Below, piece after piece: positions 1 to 10,219 of a stretch of 60,823 nucleotides of DNA. Within the stretch, counting starts at the first letter, position 1, and each line of letters starts with the position of its first letter. The notes beneath the pieces are model-generated. The model saw nothing but the letters and a program-made list of their open reading frames with translations, ran no database searches and had not been told where the DNA came from. The translations under genes and the position numbers were made by a program. Source of the stretch: an uncultured Alphaproteobacteria bacterium (lineage in GTDB: Bacteria; Pseudomonadota; Alphaproteobacteria; SP197); assembly GCA_938048755.1 (NCBI GenBank), contig CALIUG010000218.1, positions 1 through 60,823 of the forward strand, given 5' to 3'.

Positions 1-139
1 GCTACAAACCACCCGCTCCCGAAGCCATCTTGCCCCGCCCTGCAGGTCTGCCCTACGCTACGCTCCGGTCAGCCCAGCAGGGCGACCATAACCGCCGGAC
101 TCTAACATAGAAGGTGGACCACCTCTGTGGGGCAGGCCA
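1..139 (+). mobile_element. Right end of IS3-family (IS407-like group) insertion sequence, truncated by the window edge
   Basis: Frame from 3 reads (G)YKPPAPEAILPRPAGLPYATLRSAQQGDHNRRTLT* (TAG 108-110), like IS3 OrfB C-termini. It is followed by an end reading TGGCCTGCCCCACAGAGGTGGTCCA on the minus strand (5'-TG at 139). K+ channel homology stops exactly here. Confidence 0.75.
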
Positions 140-797
140 GCACCTTGCCCAGATTGGTGATCGGTACGACCTCACCGTAGCCCACCGTGGCCATGGTGAC
201 GACGCTCCACCACATGGCTTCGGGAATGCTGCCGAACCCTTCGGGCTGGGCATGGCGTTCGGCGAGGTAGAGCGCGACGGAACCCAGATACCAGAGGACA
301 ACGGCGACCGAGACGGCCGTGGCGAGTTCCTTGCCGCTCTCCTTGACCGCTTCGAAGATGAGGTCGACGCCGGACATGTAGCTGGTCAGCTTGAAGATGC
401 GCACCACACGCAGGGTCCGCAGCCAGGTCGGTGGCGGTGCGCCCAACAGGATGAAGAGGAGCTCGGGCGCAAAGGCCAGCAGATCGACCAGAACAAGGCC
501 CCAGTTGTGGCGCAGGTAAAGCAGGTGGCCGCGAACACCGCGGTACTCCTCGACATGACCGGCCGCGAACAGGCGCGCGAAAAACTCCACGGCAAAGACC
601 GACAGGATGATGAAGGTCAGAAGTTCGAGCAGGAACGTGTCGTGAAACTTGTAGTCGGGATCCGATTCCAGCGTGAACATCAGCAGGCTGACCAGGATCA
701 CGGTCACGATCAGGCAGTTCGCGGCCGTCAAATTGCCGTGCTCGGGCTTGTAGGGACCTAGCTGCTGATAGGCGAAGGCGCGCAGGCGCTGGTACAT
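140..797 (-). pseudogene. Voltage-gated-type K+ channel / ion transporter, interrupted in S6 by the IS
   Basis: S4-like WLRTLRVVRIFKL and filter TMATVGYG. After ITNLGKVL the sequence switches to IS DNA (ACPTEVVHLLC*). Confidence 0.85.
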
Positions 798-932
798 CAG
801 GGATCATCCGAACGGTCAGGGCCGGAACTTGCGTTATGGCGCATGGCGTTGGCAAGTGCCGGGTGAAGAGGCAGGATAGAGGAACGGGCCGCAGGGTGAC
901 ACGATCCTGTGCCCGCAACCGGGATGGTAGGG

Positions 933-1154
933 ATGCCTGAATTTGTTGTCGAACACCGCGATGGCCGCGTCTTCCCCGTCGAGGCCGAGACTGCCGCAGA
1001 GGCGCTCACCCATGTCGCGCGCCAGCGTCGTTTGCATCCGGGCCACCTGCGTTCCATGCCCCGGCCGCGTGTCGAGCATGAATGGGGTATTCCCTTCTTC
1101 ATGATCCTGCTGACGGGCTTTACCCTGATGGGCGTGGTCCTGATCCTGATTTGA
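933..1154 (+). CDS. Small hypothetical protein with a C-terminal TM helix
   Basis: ATG at 933 after GGTAGGG. Hydrophobic C-terminus GIPFFMILLTGFTLMGVVLILI. Fills the intergenic gap. Confidence 0.55.
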   Translation: MPEFVVEHRDGRVFPVEAETAAEALTHVARQRRLHPGHLRSMPRPRVEHEWGIPFFMILLTGFTLMGVVLILI

Positions 1155-1233
1155 GCGCGGAGGATGCACCAGTCATGGACCCTGGCGTGTCCTTGGGTGA
1201 AAATGTCGCCACCATCAAACAAGAAGAACCACC

Positions 1234-2076
1234 ATGAGCACCAAGCAGCTTTCCCGTCTCAGCGCCGATGATGCAACCGACACCATGGTTGCCACCATGC
1301 GTCGGGACGGGGCGATGATCGTCGAGAACTTCGTTGATGAAGCCATTGTCGACCAGGTCCTGGCCGATCTGCGCGAGCCGTTCGATACCGTGGGCAGGTC
1401 CACCGAGAACGACTTCAACGGCTATACGACGTTGCGGGTCAATTCCGTGCTCGATATCTCCATGGCCTCGGGCGAGATCGTCGGGCATCGCCGCATGATG
1501 GATGTGCTCGACGCCCTGCTCCTGCCCAACTGCCCGAGTTATTCGATCGGCTCGACCACCGCGATCGAGATCTATCCAGGCGAGGCCGATCAGGTTCTGC
1601 ACCGCGACGACACGATCTATCCCATGCACATCCCCGGTGTGGAGTTCCAGGTTTCGGTGATGTGGGCGCTCAACGACTTCACGGAAGAAAACGGCGCCAC
1701 ACGTTCGGTTCTGGGAAGCCATTTGTGGGACCCGCCGCGTGAACCCGGCCCCGGCGACACCGTGGTGCAGGCACCCATGGCCAAGGGCTCGGCGCTGTTC
1801 TATCTGGGCTCGGTCTACCATGGCGGCGGCGCTAACCGTTCGGACGCGCCCCGTGCCGGCCTCATCAACACCTATTGCCTGGGCTGGCTGCGTCAGGAGG
1901 TGAACCACATTCTTTCGGTGCCGCGTGCCATTGCCGCGCAGCATCCCGAACACATCCAGCGCATGATGGGTTACGAAGCGGTCGGCGGCATGCTGGGGTT
2001 CTATCCCACCGACATCGGCCGGGTGCCGACCAAGGAACTGAAAGGCGGCCAGATGTGGGGCTGGCAGGGAGGATGA
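1234..2076 (+). CDS. PhyH-family Fe(II)/2OG dioxygenase (copy 1)
   Basis: [30 protein letters not shown] motifs. Confidence 0.9.
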   Translation: MSTKQLSRLSADDATDTMVATMRRDGAMIVENFVDEAIVDQVLADLREPFDTVGRSTENDFNGYTTLRVNSVLDISMASGEIVGHRRMMDVLDALLLPNCPSYSIGSTTAIEIYPGEADQVLHRDDTIYPMHIPGVEFQVSVMWALNDFTEENGATRSVLGSHLWDPPREPGPGDTVVQAPMAKGSALFYLGSVYHGGGANRSDAPRAGLINTYCLGWLRQEVNHILSVPRAIAAQHPEHIQRMMGYEAVGGMLGFYPTDIGRVPTKELKGGQMWGWQGG

Positions 2077-2870
2077 CCATGGAACTGGCGTATTTTGACA
2101 GCGATGTTGCCCATGCCGATCTGATCGAGGCCCTGCGCAACACCGGATCTGCGGTCGTCACCAACGTGATGGACGAAGAAACCATCGATATCTGCGCCGC
2201 CGAGATGCGCCCGGAATTCGACCGCCATGGCCGCGACACCGAAAACGACTTCAACGGCTACAAGACCCTGCGCATTTCCAGCACGCTACGTTATGCGCCG
2301 ACCACGGCGAAGATGATCGCCCATCCGCTGGTGCTCGCCATGGCCGATGCGTTCCTCAAACCCCATTGCCTGAGCTACCGGATCGGGAGCAATACCGGCA
2401 TCGAAATTTACCCCGGCGAAGGTCATCAGGTGCTTCATACCGATGATTCGATCTACCCCCTGCGCATCCCCGGCATCCAGTTCCAGATCAACGTCATGTG
2501 GGCCATGTGTGACTTCACGGAAGCGAACGGTGCCACCCGTGTCGTGCTGGGCAGTCACCTGATCGACGACTATTTCGACGAGCAGCCCGATCCCGTGCAG
2601 GCGGTCATGCCCAAGGGGTCCCTCCTGTTCTATCTGGGTCCGGTGCTTCATGGCGGGGGTCAGAACAACACCGAGACGCCGCGCATGGGCCTGATCAACA
2701 CCTATGCCCTGGGCTGGTTGCGCCAGGAGGTGAACCAGTACCTTGCCGTCCCGCCCGAGCTCGCCGCGCAGTACGACGAAACCGTGCGCCGCCTGCTGGG
2801 CTACACCAAACACGGCAGCAGCCTGGGCCACAGCCGTGTCGCGGGCGATGTCTGGGTCTGGGACGAGTGA
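2073..2870 (+). CDS. PhyH-family dioxygenase (copy 2)
   Basis: [34 protein letters not shown] overlap with the copy 1 stop. The upstream extension in the ORF track is probably not real. Confidence 0.9.
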   Translation: MTMELAYFDSDVAHADLIEALRNTGSAVVTNVMDEETIDICAAEMRPEFDRHGRDTENDFNGYKTLRISSTLRYAPTTAKMIAHPLVLAMADAFLKPHCLSYRIGSNTGIEIYPGEGHQVLHTDDSIYPLRIPGIQFQINVMWAMCDFTEANGATRVVLGSHLIDDYFDEQPDPVQAVMPKGSLLFYLGPVLHGGGQNNTETPRMGLINTYALGWLRQEVNQYLAVPPELAAQYDETVRRLLGYTKHGSSLGHSRVAGDVWVWDE

Positions 2871-2880
2871 GTTCCCGCCC

Positions 2881-3618
2881 TTAATCCCCCTTGAACGTCG
2901 GGGTGCGTTTTTCGCGGAAGGCAGCCAGGCCTTCCTGAAGGTCGTTGCTGGCAAAGGTCGCTTCGACCAGGCGGCGGGCCCAGCCGGCGCCTTCCATGGG
3001 GCCCTTGGGCATGACCTCATCGGCCAGGGTCTTGAGCGCGGCAACGACCAGTGGTGCGTTTTCGGCGACCTTCTCCGCAAGTGCGCGGGTTTCGCTCATC
3101 AGGTCGGTATCGGGCACGACCTTGTTGAAGAAGCCCAGTTCATAGGCGCGCGCCGCGCTCATCTTCTCGCCGGTCATGAGCAGTTCCATGGCGGCCTTGT
3201 GGGGCATGCGCGAGACGAGCGAAGCGATGATGCCGCCGGTGAAGCCGATCTTGGCTTCGGGATAGCTGATCCAGGCGCTTTCTGCCGCCACCGCCATGTC
3301 GGCCATCTGCACCAGACACAGGCCACCGCCGACGGTGAGTCCGTTGACCGCGGCGATGACCGGCTTGGTGAGCTTGACGCCCACGCCGGGTGTGATTGCC
3401 CACATGTCGCCGCCGCCGTTGAGATCGGCACCGGCGGTAAAGGCCCTGCCTGCACCGGTCAGGATGGCGACCCGGTCGTCGCCAGCCTCGAAATCAATCC
3501 ATGCCTGGCGCAGGGCATCGCCGAGCTCATGGCTGAGCGCATTGAGCTTGTCGGGCCGGTTGAGCGTGATCGTGGCGATGTGGTTGCTGGATTCATAGAG
3601 TACGGTGTCGGATGCCAT
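2881..3618 (-). CDS. Enoyl-CoA hydratase/isomerase (crotonase) family protein
   Basis: LNRPDKLNAL, FTAGADL, AVNGLTVGGG, YPEAKIG, C-terminal EGLAAFREKR. Confidence 0.92.
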   Translation of the reverse strand: MASDTVLYESSNHIATITLNRPDKLNALSHELGDALRQAWIDFEAGDDRVAILTGAGRAFTAGADLNGGGDMWAITPGVGVKLTKPVIAAVNGLTVGGGLCLVQMADMAVAAESAWISYPEAKIGFTGGIIASLVSRMPHKAAMELLMTGEKMSAARAYELGFFNKVVPDTDLMSETRALAEKVAENAPLVVAALKTLADEVMPKGPMEGAGWARRLVEATFASNDLQEGLAAFREKRTPTFKGD

Positions 3619-3642
3619 GGTGTCATTCCCAACATGATTCGG

Positions 3643-3747
3643 GTGTCATCCCGGCCGACCAGAGGGAGAGCCGGGACCTCGAGAGGCAGGCGCTGAAGTC
3701 TCGAGGTCCCGGATCGGCGCGGCAGGGCCGCTTGTCTGGGATGACAC
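3643..3747 (+). repeat. REP-like palindrome, family A (GTGTCATCCCGG...GGGATGACAC)
   Basis: Terminal inverted repeat plus internal hairpins. Closely matches the reverse complement of 15800-15905. Confidence 0.85.
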
Positions 3748-3853
3748 GAGCTCAAGGGCAGGCCTTCTAGGGCCGAGCGTAATGCATGCTGGTTTGGGAT
3801 GCACGGCACAGCAAGCAGCGCTAGGATCGCATTTGGTTGTCAGGAGTTCTTGC

Positions 3854-4768
3854 ATGATGAAGCTGGCGCGGTTTGATGCCCGTTCGACGGACGGGGACGA
3901 GGTCGGCAGGGCGATCGACGAACACGGGTATGCTATCGTCGAGAACATAATCGATGGTGACGATCTCGCTGCCCTGCGGGCCGAGCTGGAACCTCATTTC
4001 GAAGGTCAGAAGACCGGCGAGACGAACTTTCTGGGTGCCCGGACCAAACGCTTCAACAACCTCTTCATGCGTGCGCCCACGACGCGCAAGATGGTGCTGC
4101 ATCCGGTCCTTCTGGGTGCCGCCGACCATATCCTGCTGCCCTGGTGCGCGCGGTATCACGTGACCTATACCGGCGTGATGCACCTGATGCCTGGTGAAAC
4201 TGCCCAGGCACTGCACCGCGACGCATTTTTCTATCCCATCCGCAATCCCGGCCCGGTGACCCAGCAGGGTTCGCTTTGGGCCGTGACCGATTTCACGGCC
4301 GAGAACGGCGCCACGCGCATCATTCCCGGCAGCCATCTTTGGGAGGAGGAGCGCCAGCCCCGGCCCGAGGAGGTTGTCGCCGCCGAGATGCCGGCGGGCT
4401 CGGCGATCATCTATGCCCACAACATCATCCACGGCGGCGGCGCCAATACGACCGATCAACCGCGCACCGCCGTGGCGCTCAACTTCTCGCTGGGCTGGCT
4501 GCGCCAGCAGGAAAACCAGTTCCTGACCCTGCCGGTCGAGAAGGCCCGGGAACTGCCCGAAGCCCTGCAACGCCTGATCGGCTATGATTTCGGCGCGCCG
4601 TTCATGGGCGCGGTGAACGGCCAGAACCCGCATGCCCTGCTGGAGGAACCCAGCGACGAGGTGGGTTACCGCAGCGACCCGGAGCTCGAAAAGGCCTATC
4701 GTGAACGTGTGAACTGGCTGAAGGTCGAGGCGGTGCCGCCGCCACCCGGCGTTCTGCCGACGGACTGA
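3854..4768 (+). CDS. PhyH-family dioxygenase (copy 3)
   Basis: RBS CAGGAG at 3841, LHRDA, DFTAENGAT, IHGGGAN, LGWLRQQEN. Confidence 0.9.
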   Translation: MMKLARFDARSTDGDEVGRAIDEHGYAIVENIIDGDDLAALRAELEPHFEGQKTGETNFLGARTKRFNNLFMRAPTTRKMVLHPVLLGAADHILLPWCARYHVTYTGVMHLMPGETAQALHRDAFFYPIRNPGPVTQQGSLWAVTDFTAENGATRIIPGSHLWEEERQPRPEEVVAAEMPAGSAIIYAHNIIHGGGANTTDQPRTAVALNFSLGWLRQQENQFLTLPVEKARELPEALQRLIGYDFGAPFMGAVNGQNPHALLEEPSDEVGYRSDPELEKAYRERVNWLKVEAVPPPPGVLPTD

Positions 4769-4779
4769 CGGAGGAATCC

Positions 4780-5709
4780 ATGCCCGATCTCAATACCTTC
4801 CCCAACACCGCAAGTGTCGAAGAGGTCACGGCTTCGATCCACGAAAAGAGCTATGCCATCATCCATGATGTTCTCGACACGTCGGAACTTGCCTGCGTGC
4901 GTGACGAGCTTGCGCCGCATTTTGCCGAGCGGGTCGGCGGTTCCGACGATTTCACCGGCCACAAGACGGTGCGCTTCGGGGCCCTGCTGGCGCGTGTGCC
5001 CAAGGTGCGCGAGATGGTCCTGCATCCCCTGATCCACGGTATCGCCCAGGCGCTGCTGGGGCCCTCCTGTTCGAACATCCGCCTGAACTACACCGGCGTG
5101 ATGCATTTGGAACCTGGCGAAAAGGCACAGACGCTGCATCGCGACAGCGGGTTCTATCCCATCCAGAATCCCTGCCCGCCGCTGCTGCTGGCCACCATGT
5201 GGGCTATCTCGGACTTCACGCAGGAGAACGGCGGCACGCGGATCATCCCCGGCAGCCACCTCTGGGATGACAAGCGCAAGCCCGAACCCGAAGAGATCAT
5301 TGCCACGGAAATGCCCGCCGGTTCCGTGCTGCTCTACATCGGCGCGTCGTTCCACGGTGGCGGCGCCAACAAGGCGGCTGCCCCGCGCACCGGCATTGCC
5401 CTCCATTACGCGCTGGCCTGGCTGCGCCAGGAGGAAAACCAGTATCTGGCCGTGCCTCAGGACCTCGCGCGCACCTTCTCGCCCGAACTCAAGGCGCTGA
5501 TGGGTTATGAGCTTTCGACCGTAAACAGCGGCTTTGTCGATCACCAGCATCCTCGCGATGTTCTCGACGGCGTGCCTCCGGAAGGCCCGCGCCCGATCGG
5601 CCCGGCTGAACTGATGGCTGCCGACAACGCAATCAACCGGTTGCATGTCGACCGCGCCGAAGCCGTCGGGCGTGCCCGCCACGATGTGGTGGCGCCGTTT
5701 GACCGGTAG
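4780..5709 (+). CDS. PhyH-family dioxygenase (copy 4)
   Basis: RBS GGAGG, LHRDS, DFTQENGGT, FHGGGAN, LAWLRQEEN. Confidence 0.9.
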   Translation: MPDLNTFPNTASVEEVTASIHEKSYAIIHDVLDTSELACVRDELAPHFAERVGGSDDFTGHKTVRFGALLARVPKVREMVLHPLIHGIAQALLGPSCSNIRLNYTGVMHLEPGEKAQTLHRDSGFYPIQNPCPPLLLATMWAISDFTQENGGTRIIPGSHLWDDKRKPEPEEIIATEMPAGSVLLYIGASFHGGGANKAAAPRTGIALHYALAWLRQEENQYLAVPQDLARTFSPELKALMGYELSTVNSGFVDHQHPRDVLDGVPPEGPRPIGPAELMAADNAINRLHVDRAEAVGRARHDVVAPFDR

Positions 5710-5763
5710 GGTGGGGTTGATTGTTTTGTTTGATTAGCCTCAGGCGCCGGCACTCGCTCCGCA

Positions 5764-6157
5764 TTTTCTTTTAGCCTCAAGCGCCGGCACTCGCTCCGCT
5801 CGTTTGGCTTCCGCCGCATGCGCGGCGCCGGTGCGGTCGCACCGGTCGGCGGCCGCTTCGCTCTCGCCGCCGAATGCCTGCTCACGGGCGGAGCAGGGTG
5901 TGTGTCGCAACCAACTCAACTGTGTCATCCCGGCCTTGAGCCGGGATCTCGGTCCGCACGTTGCCTTTGAAACCCGTCATGACGCGATCCCGGATCGCGC
6001 TCGCCCTGCTCGCTTGTCCGGGATGACACCCCTTTTGGGGATGGTGTGTAGGCGAGAGGTCCCGTCAGGGACCGAGGGGAGCGACCGCGACCCCGCCGCG
6101 CTAGCGGCGTAAGCCAAGTGAACGGAGTGAACGCCGGCGCCTGAGGCTAAAAGAAAA
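5764..6157. repeat. Composite REPIN/MITE-like element: TIR - left arm - family-A REP (5922-6029) - right arm - TIR
   Basis: TTTTCTTTTAGCCTCA(A/G)GCGCCGGC inverted at both ends. Same architecture at 22628-22999. An extra tandem copy of the end lies at ~5735-5762. Confidence 0.8.
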
Positions 6158-6206
6158 GGGCGGACGCGCTCGCCCGACCCCTGAGGGACTAAAAAACTGC
6201 GCCCCT

Positions 6207-7349
6207 CTACTGCTTCGAAAGTTCGCCGATCAGGGCGTTGGCAGCCTGGTTCAGGGCAGGTCCGGCGTTGAAGTCGTACTCGTTGATCGCAACGTAGACG
6301 CCGATGTCGTGTGCCGGAGCAAAGGCGAGGTAGACCAGCATGCCCTGGATGCCGCCCGCCTTCTGCAGGATCATGGGGTGCTCTTCGCCGGCGTTCATGA
6401 CGACCCAGCCCAGTCCCATGGCGTCCATGTGTCCGGACTCGTCCATGCCGAACACCGAATCGAGACCATTGCGCGGCAGGTAGGCCGCCTGATCGATCAG
6501 GCGCACTTCGGCCCCTTACTGGTCCTCGTCGTTCATGTGCCAGGCCATCCAGCGCAGCAGGTCGTTGGTCGTGGACTGCAGCGCGCCGGAACCCTCGACC
6601 ATCTCGCCTGAGGGGATCTAGGGCAGCGGTGAGCCGTCGATGAAATGACCCTGCATGGCGATGGCCTGCTGCTCGGGCGTCAGGTTGTACATCGTGTCGG
6701 TCATGCCGGCGGGCTCCAGCACACGTTCACGCACCAGATCAGCGAAGGGCTGGCCTGCGGCCGAGGCAAGGGCTGCACTCAGGACATCGAAGCCGAAGTT
6801 GGAATAGATGATCCTCGTGCCCGGCGCATACACCAGCGGATCGTTGTTGAGGTTCTCGATGAATGCTTCCTGCGTCATCGTAGCATGGGGATTGTCGGCT
6901 GGGCCGTGCGCATGTTCGATCTCGCGCGGCAGACCGGCGCTGTGGGTCACCAGATCGATCAGGCGAATCTCGCGCCCGTCCATGGTCGGCCAGTCGATAT
7001 CCCAGTCGAGATGCATGGAAACGGGATCGGTGAAGTTGACCGTGCCGTCTGCTACCAGGCTGGCCAGCACCTGGCCGGTAAAGACCTTGCTCACCGACCC
7101 GATGCGCATGGGCGTATCCCCGTTGGGCGGCGCGCCCGCACCGTCGGCATATTCACCGAAACCTTCGACGAAGGTCTCGCCGTCCTTGATCGCGCCGATG
7201 ATGAAGCCCGGCGTGCCCGACTGGAGATAGAGGATCTGGCCCATGAAACCCACGGTTTCTTCCAGAAACTTGCTTTCGTCGGCGCGCGGCGCCGTCGTCA
7301 TGCCCAGCATGACAAGAAGCACAGTGGCGGTGCGGATAAGGGATTTCAT
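6207..7349 (-). pseudogene. AmpH-like serine hydrolase (beta-lactamase/D,D-peptidase fold) with two in-frame stops
   Basis: SxxK (GSVSK), YSN, LQKAGG. TAG at 6618-6620 and TAA at 6516-6518 are in frame, and the sequence stays colinear with the paralog at 7346-8518 across both. Confidence 0.85.
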
Positions 7350-8518
7350 GAGCGTTCCTTCCTTGGGACTGATTGTTGGGCGCTGAGTTCGCCGATGAGC
7401 GCATTGACTGCGGCGTTGACGCCGACTGTGGCGTTGAAGTCGAAGGCGTTGATGGCGGCAAAGATGCCGATGTTCCGGCCCGGTGCGAAGGCGCCGTAGA
7501 CCAGCATGCCCTGACGTCCGCCGGCCTTCTGCAGAATGACCGGGTGGCCTTCTCTGGCATTCATGACCACCCAGCCCAGGGCCATGCCATCCATGAAGCC
7601 GGACTCGTCCATGCCGAAGACGACATCCATGCCGTCGCGGGTGAGGTAGGTCGCATGATCGAGCAGGCGCACCTCGTCCCCTGCGGGATCGTTCCGGTCC
7701 ATGTGCCAGGCGAACCAATTCAGCATGTCGTTGGTCGTGGTGTAGAGGCCGCTGGAACCCACGACGACGGATCCGGTGGGAACATGGGGCATGGGCGCGC
7801 CGTTGGGCGCATGGCCCTGCATGGCGATGGCTTCCCGTTCGGGTGTGAGTTCAAACGTGGTGTCGGTCATGCCGGCGGGTTCGAGGACATACTGCTTTAG
7901 CAGATCCTCGTAGGGCCGGCTTGCTGCACCGGCCAGCGCATGGGCTAGAAGGTCGAAGCCGAAGTTGGAATAGGAGATGCCGGTGCCCGGCTTGAACATC
8001 AGCGGATCGGCATCAAGGTTGTCCTGATAGGCCTGCAGGGTCTTGTAGAGGAAAGGATCCTCTGGCGGGCCCTGGGGATGTTCGATCTCGCGCGGTAATC
8101 CGCCGCTATGGGTGACCAGATCGATCAGGCGCAGTTCACGGCCGTCGATCTGGGGCCATGTGATGTCCCAGTCCAGATGCATGGAAACCGGATCGGTGAA
8201 GCCGACCGTGCCGTCTGCAACCATGGCGGCCAGCACCTGGCCGGTGAAGGCCTTGGTGATCGAGCCGATGCGCATGGGCGTGTCACCATCGGGCTCGGCT
8301 TCGCTGCCATCGGCGTATTCACCGTGACCGGCCACAAAGGTCTCGCCGTCCTTGACGACACCGATGATGAATCCGGGGGTTTGGGCCTGAAGGTAGATGA
8401 TCTGGGACATGAAGCCGACGGTCTCTTCGAGAAGATCCGTGTCGGCGCGCGCGGTCTGCGAACCGGTTGTGCCAAGAACCAGCAATGTGGCCAGGGAGGT
8501 GATCAGGCGGTGGAACAT
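7346..8518 (-). CDS. AmpH-like secreted serine hydrolase (beta-lactamase/PBP fold)
   Basis: Signal peptide, GSITK, YSNFG, LQKAGG. Confidence 0.9.
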   Translation of the reverse strand: MFHRLITSLATLLVLGTTGSQTARADTDLLEETVGFMSQIIYLQAQTPGFIIGVVKDGETFVAGHGEYADGSEAEPDGDTPMRIGSITKAFTGQVLAAMVADGTVGFTDPVSMHLDWDITWPQIDGRELRLIDLVTHSGGLPREIEHPQGPPEDPFLYKTLQAYQDNLDADPLMFKPGTGISYSNFGFDLLAHALAGAASRPYEDLLKQYVLEPAGMTDTTFELTPEREAIAMQGHAPNGAPMPHVPTGSVVVGSSGLYTTTNDMLNWFAWHMDRNDPAGDEVRLLDHATYLTRDGMDVVFGMDESGFMDGMALGWVVMNAREGHPVILQKAGGRQGMLVYGAFAPGRNIGIFAAINAFDFNATVGVNAAVNALIGELSAQQSVPRKERS

Positions 8519-8542
8519 GGTGAAATCCAGTATGCGTGTCGA

Positions 8543-10219
8543 TCAGAAGCGGAAGCCCAGGGTAAAGAGTGCGCGACCGCCTTCATCCTCGACCGCGCTG
8601 CTCTTGATGGTGGGGATGGCGACAAAGCCGTCAACAAAGATGCCGTGGTCCAGGAAGGCCCGCATGCCTGCCCCGGCTGACCCCAGCCGTGCCGAACAGA
8701 AGGTCGTGCCGATGGCATCGTTGTGGACATAACCGTAATCGGCAAAGCCATAGACCGTGGAGTGGCGTACCCAGGACTGGCCGAAGTCGACGACATGTTC
8801 CAGCTCCACGGCAGCACCAAAACCGGAATCGCCTGCCACACCAAACCCTGCGAAGGCACGGCCGAAGGTCGCATCGCCGACACTGAAACGCACCGCATCA
8901 GGCAGCGGATCCGGGGCAAGCTGTCCCGTGGCCTGGAAGGTTGCCGAGCAGCCTGGCGCGATGTCGGCATCGAGTTGCAGGCTGCCGCTTGCCAGACGGA
9001 AATCGGCCTCACCGCCGAAGCGGCCTGCCAGGGCGCGACTGCCCGAGGTTGCGCCCAGGCTCGAAAGGCCGTGTGAGCCCGCAAGGCTTGCTGCCAGTGA
9101 GAGCACGTCGAAATCCTGATCATAGGCCGCTTCCAGCGTGATCCAGCGCGTGCGGTCGATGGTCGCGGGTGTGCCCATCACGTCAACATCCGTATTCTGG
9201 GCATTGAAGGTCAGGGTGCCGTCGAGATTGTGATCGAGCCTGCGGATGAAGGGATATTGCAGCGAGGCGACGCCGGTCAGCGTGGTGATCTCGATGTCGA
9301 AGGCTTCGAGGTCGCCGCCCGGTTCGACCAGAACGCCGGTCAGGGCATAACCGGCAAACAACCCGTCGCTGCCCACGGGATAGTCCTGACCGAAGTTCAC
9401 CAGCCGGAACTCGCTGGGGTCGGCGGGATTGGTGACACCCACCAGGGTCGATTGTTCGAACAGGCCCAGCACATCCCCGGCAAAGGCAACACCGGTGAGC
9501 TGCAACGGTCCGGTTTCGCGTGAGCCAAGGTTGTCGAGCGTGACCTGGCCGCCAATCCCCATCGGTGCAAGGTCGAGCGTAAGCCGCCCCGCGCCGACCT
9601 CGCCGGGGATCTGCTCCAGCAGGGCATTGACCCGATAACCGCCCAGATCGGAAATCAGCAACAGATACCGTTCCATCAGAGAGACCCGCAGCGGAACCAT
9701 TGCAGCGATCTTGTCGGTGTAGGGTTCCAGGCGCTGGTAGAGATCGCCGACCTCTCCGTTGATGATGATTTCCTTGATGTAACCGGTAAACACCTCGATC
9801 TCGATGGTGCCGGTGCCAAGGTCGATCTTAGTGACGATGGCGCGGGCGTAGTAATCGGCCTCCCGATAGACGCTCTCGATGGCGGCCGTAATTTCGGCCA
9901 TGGCGTCGTTGTCGATCTCTCTGCCCAGATAGGGCTGCCAGATCGGTTCGAGTTCGCTCCGGGGAACCAGGTCATCGCCGGTCAGGTCGACCGCCTGGAG
10001 GACCACCGTGAGGCCCACGATCTCGGGCGTCACGGCATCCTCGACATCGACCGTGACGCCAAGGCTACCCTGTTTCTCGGGCGGATTGCGGTAACGTTCG
10101 ATGATCTGGTTCTGATCGACGATGACATCGTCGATCTGCCGACTCTGGGCTGTAGCCTGTGTGGTCAGTCCGCCCGCCAGCAACGCTGCAACGCAGGTTC
10201 CGGCAAGGCCGCGCATCAT
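8543..10219 (-). CDS. ShlB/FhaC/HecB-family (TpsB, Omp85) outer-membrane transporter
   Basis: Signal peptide, POTRA-like N-terminus (YREADYYARA), loop-6-like FSVGDATFGRAF, C-terminal LFTLGFRF. ATGA overlap with the M23 stop. Confidence 0.85.
   Translation of the reverse strand: MMRGLAGTCVAALLAGGLTTQATAQSRQIDDVIVDQNQIIERYRNPPEKQGSLGVTVDVEDAVTPEIVGLTVVLQAVDLTGDDLVPRSELEPIWQPYLGREIDNDAMAEITAAIESVYREADYYARAIVTKIDLGTGTIEIEVFTGYIKEIIINGEVGDLYQRLEPYTDKIAAMVPLRVSLMERYLLLISDLGGYRVNALLEQIPGEVGAGRLTLDLAPMGIGGQVTLDNLGSRETGPLQLTGVAFAGDVLGLFEQSTLVGVTNPADPSEFRLVNFGQDYPVGSDGLFAGYALTGVLVEPGGDLEAFDIEITTLTGVASLQYPFIRRLDHNLDGTLTFNAQNTDVDVMGTPATIDRTRWITLEAAYDQDFDVLSLAASLAGSHGLSSLGATSGSRALAGRFGGEADFRLASGSLQLDADIAPGCSATFQATGQLAPDPLPDAVRFSVGDATFGRAFAGFGVAGDSGFGAAVELEHVVDFGQSWVRHSTVYGFADYGYVHNDAIGTTFCSARLGSAGAGMRAFLDHGIFVDGFVAIPTIKSSAVEDEGGRALFTLGFRF

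Noticed and set aside
6207-8518. Antibiotic-resistance call (class C beta-lactamases); likewise the APH-like gene at 22996-23892
   Set aside because: The motifs define broad fold families only. AmpH-like peptidases and APH/choline-kinase-like proteins are common housekeeping or accessory proteins.
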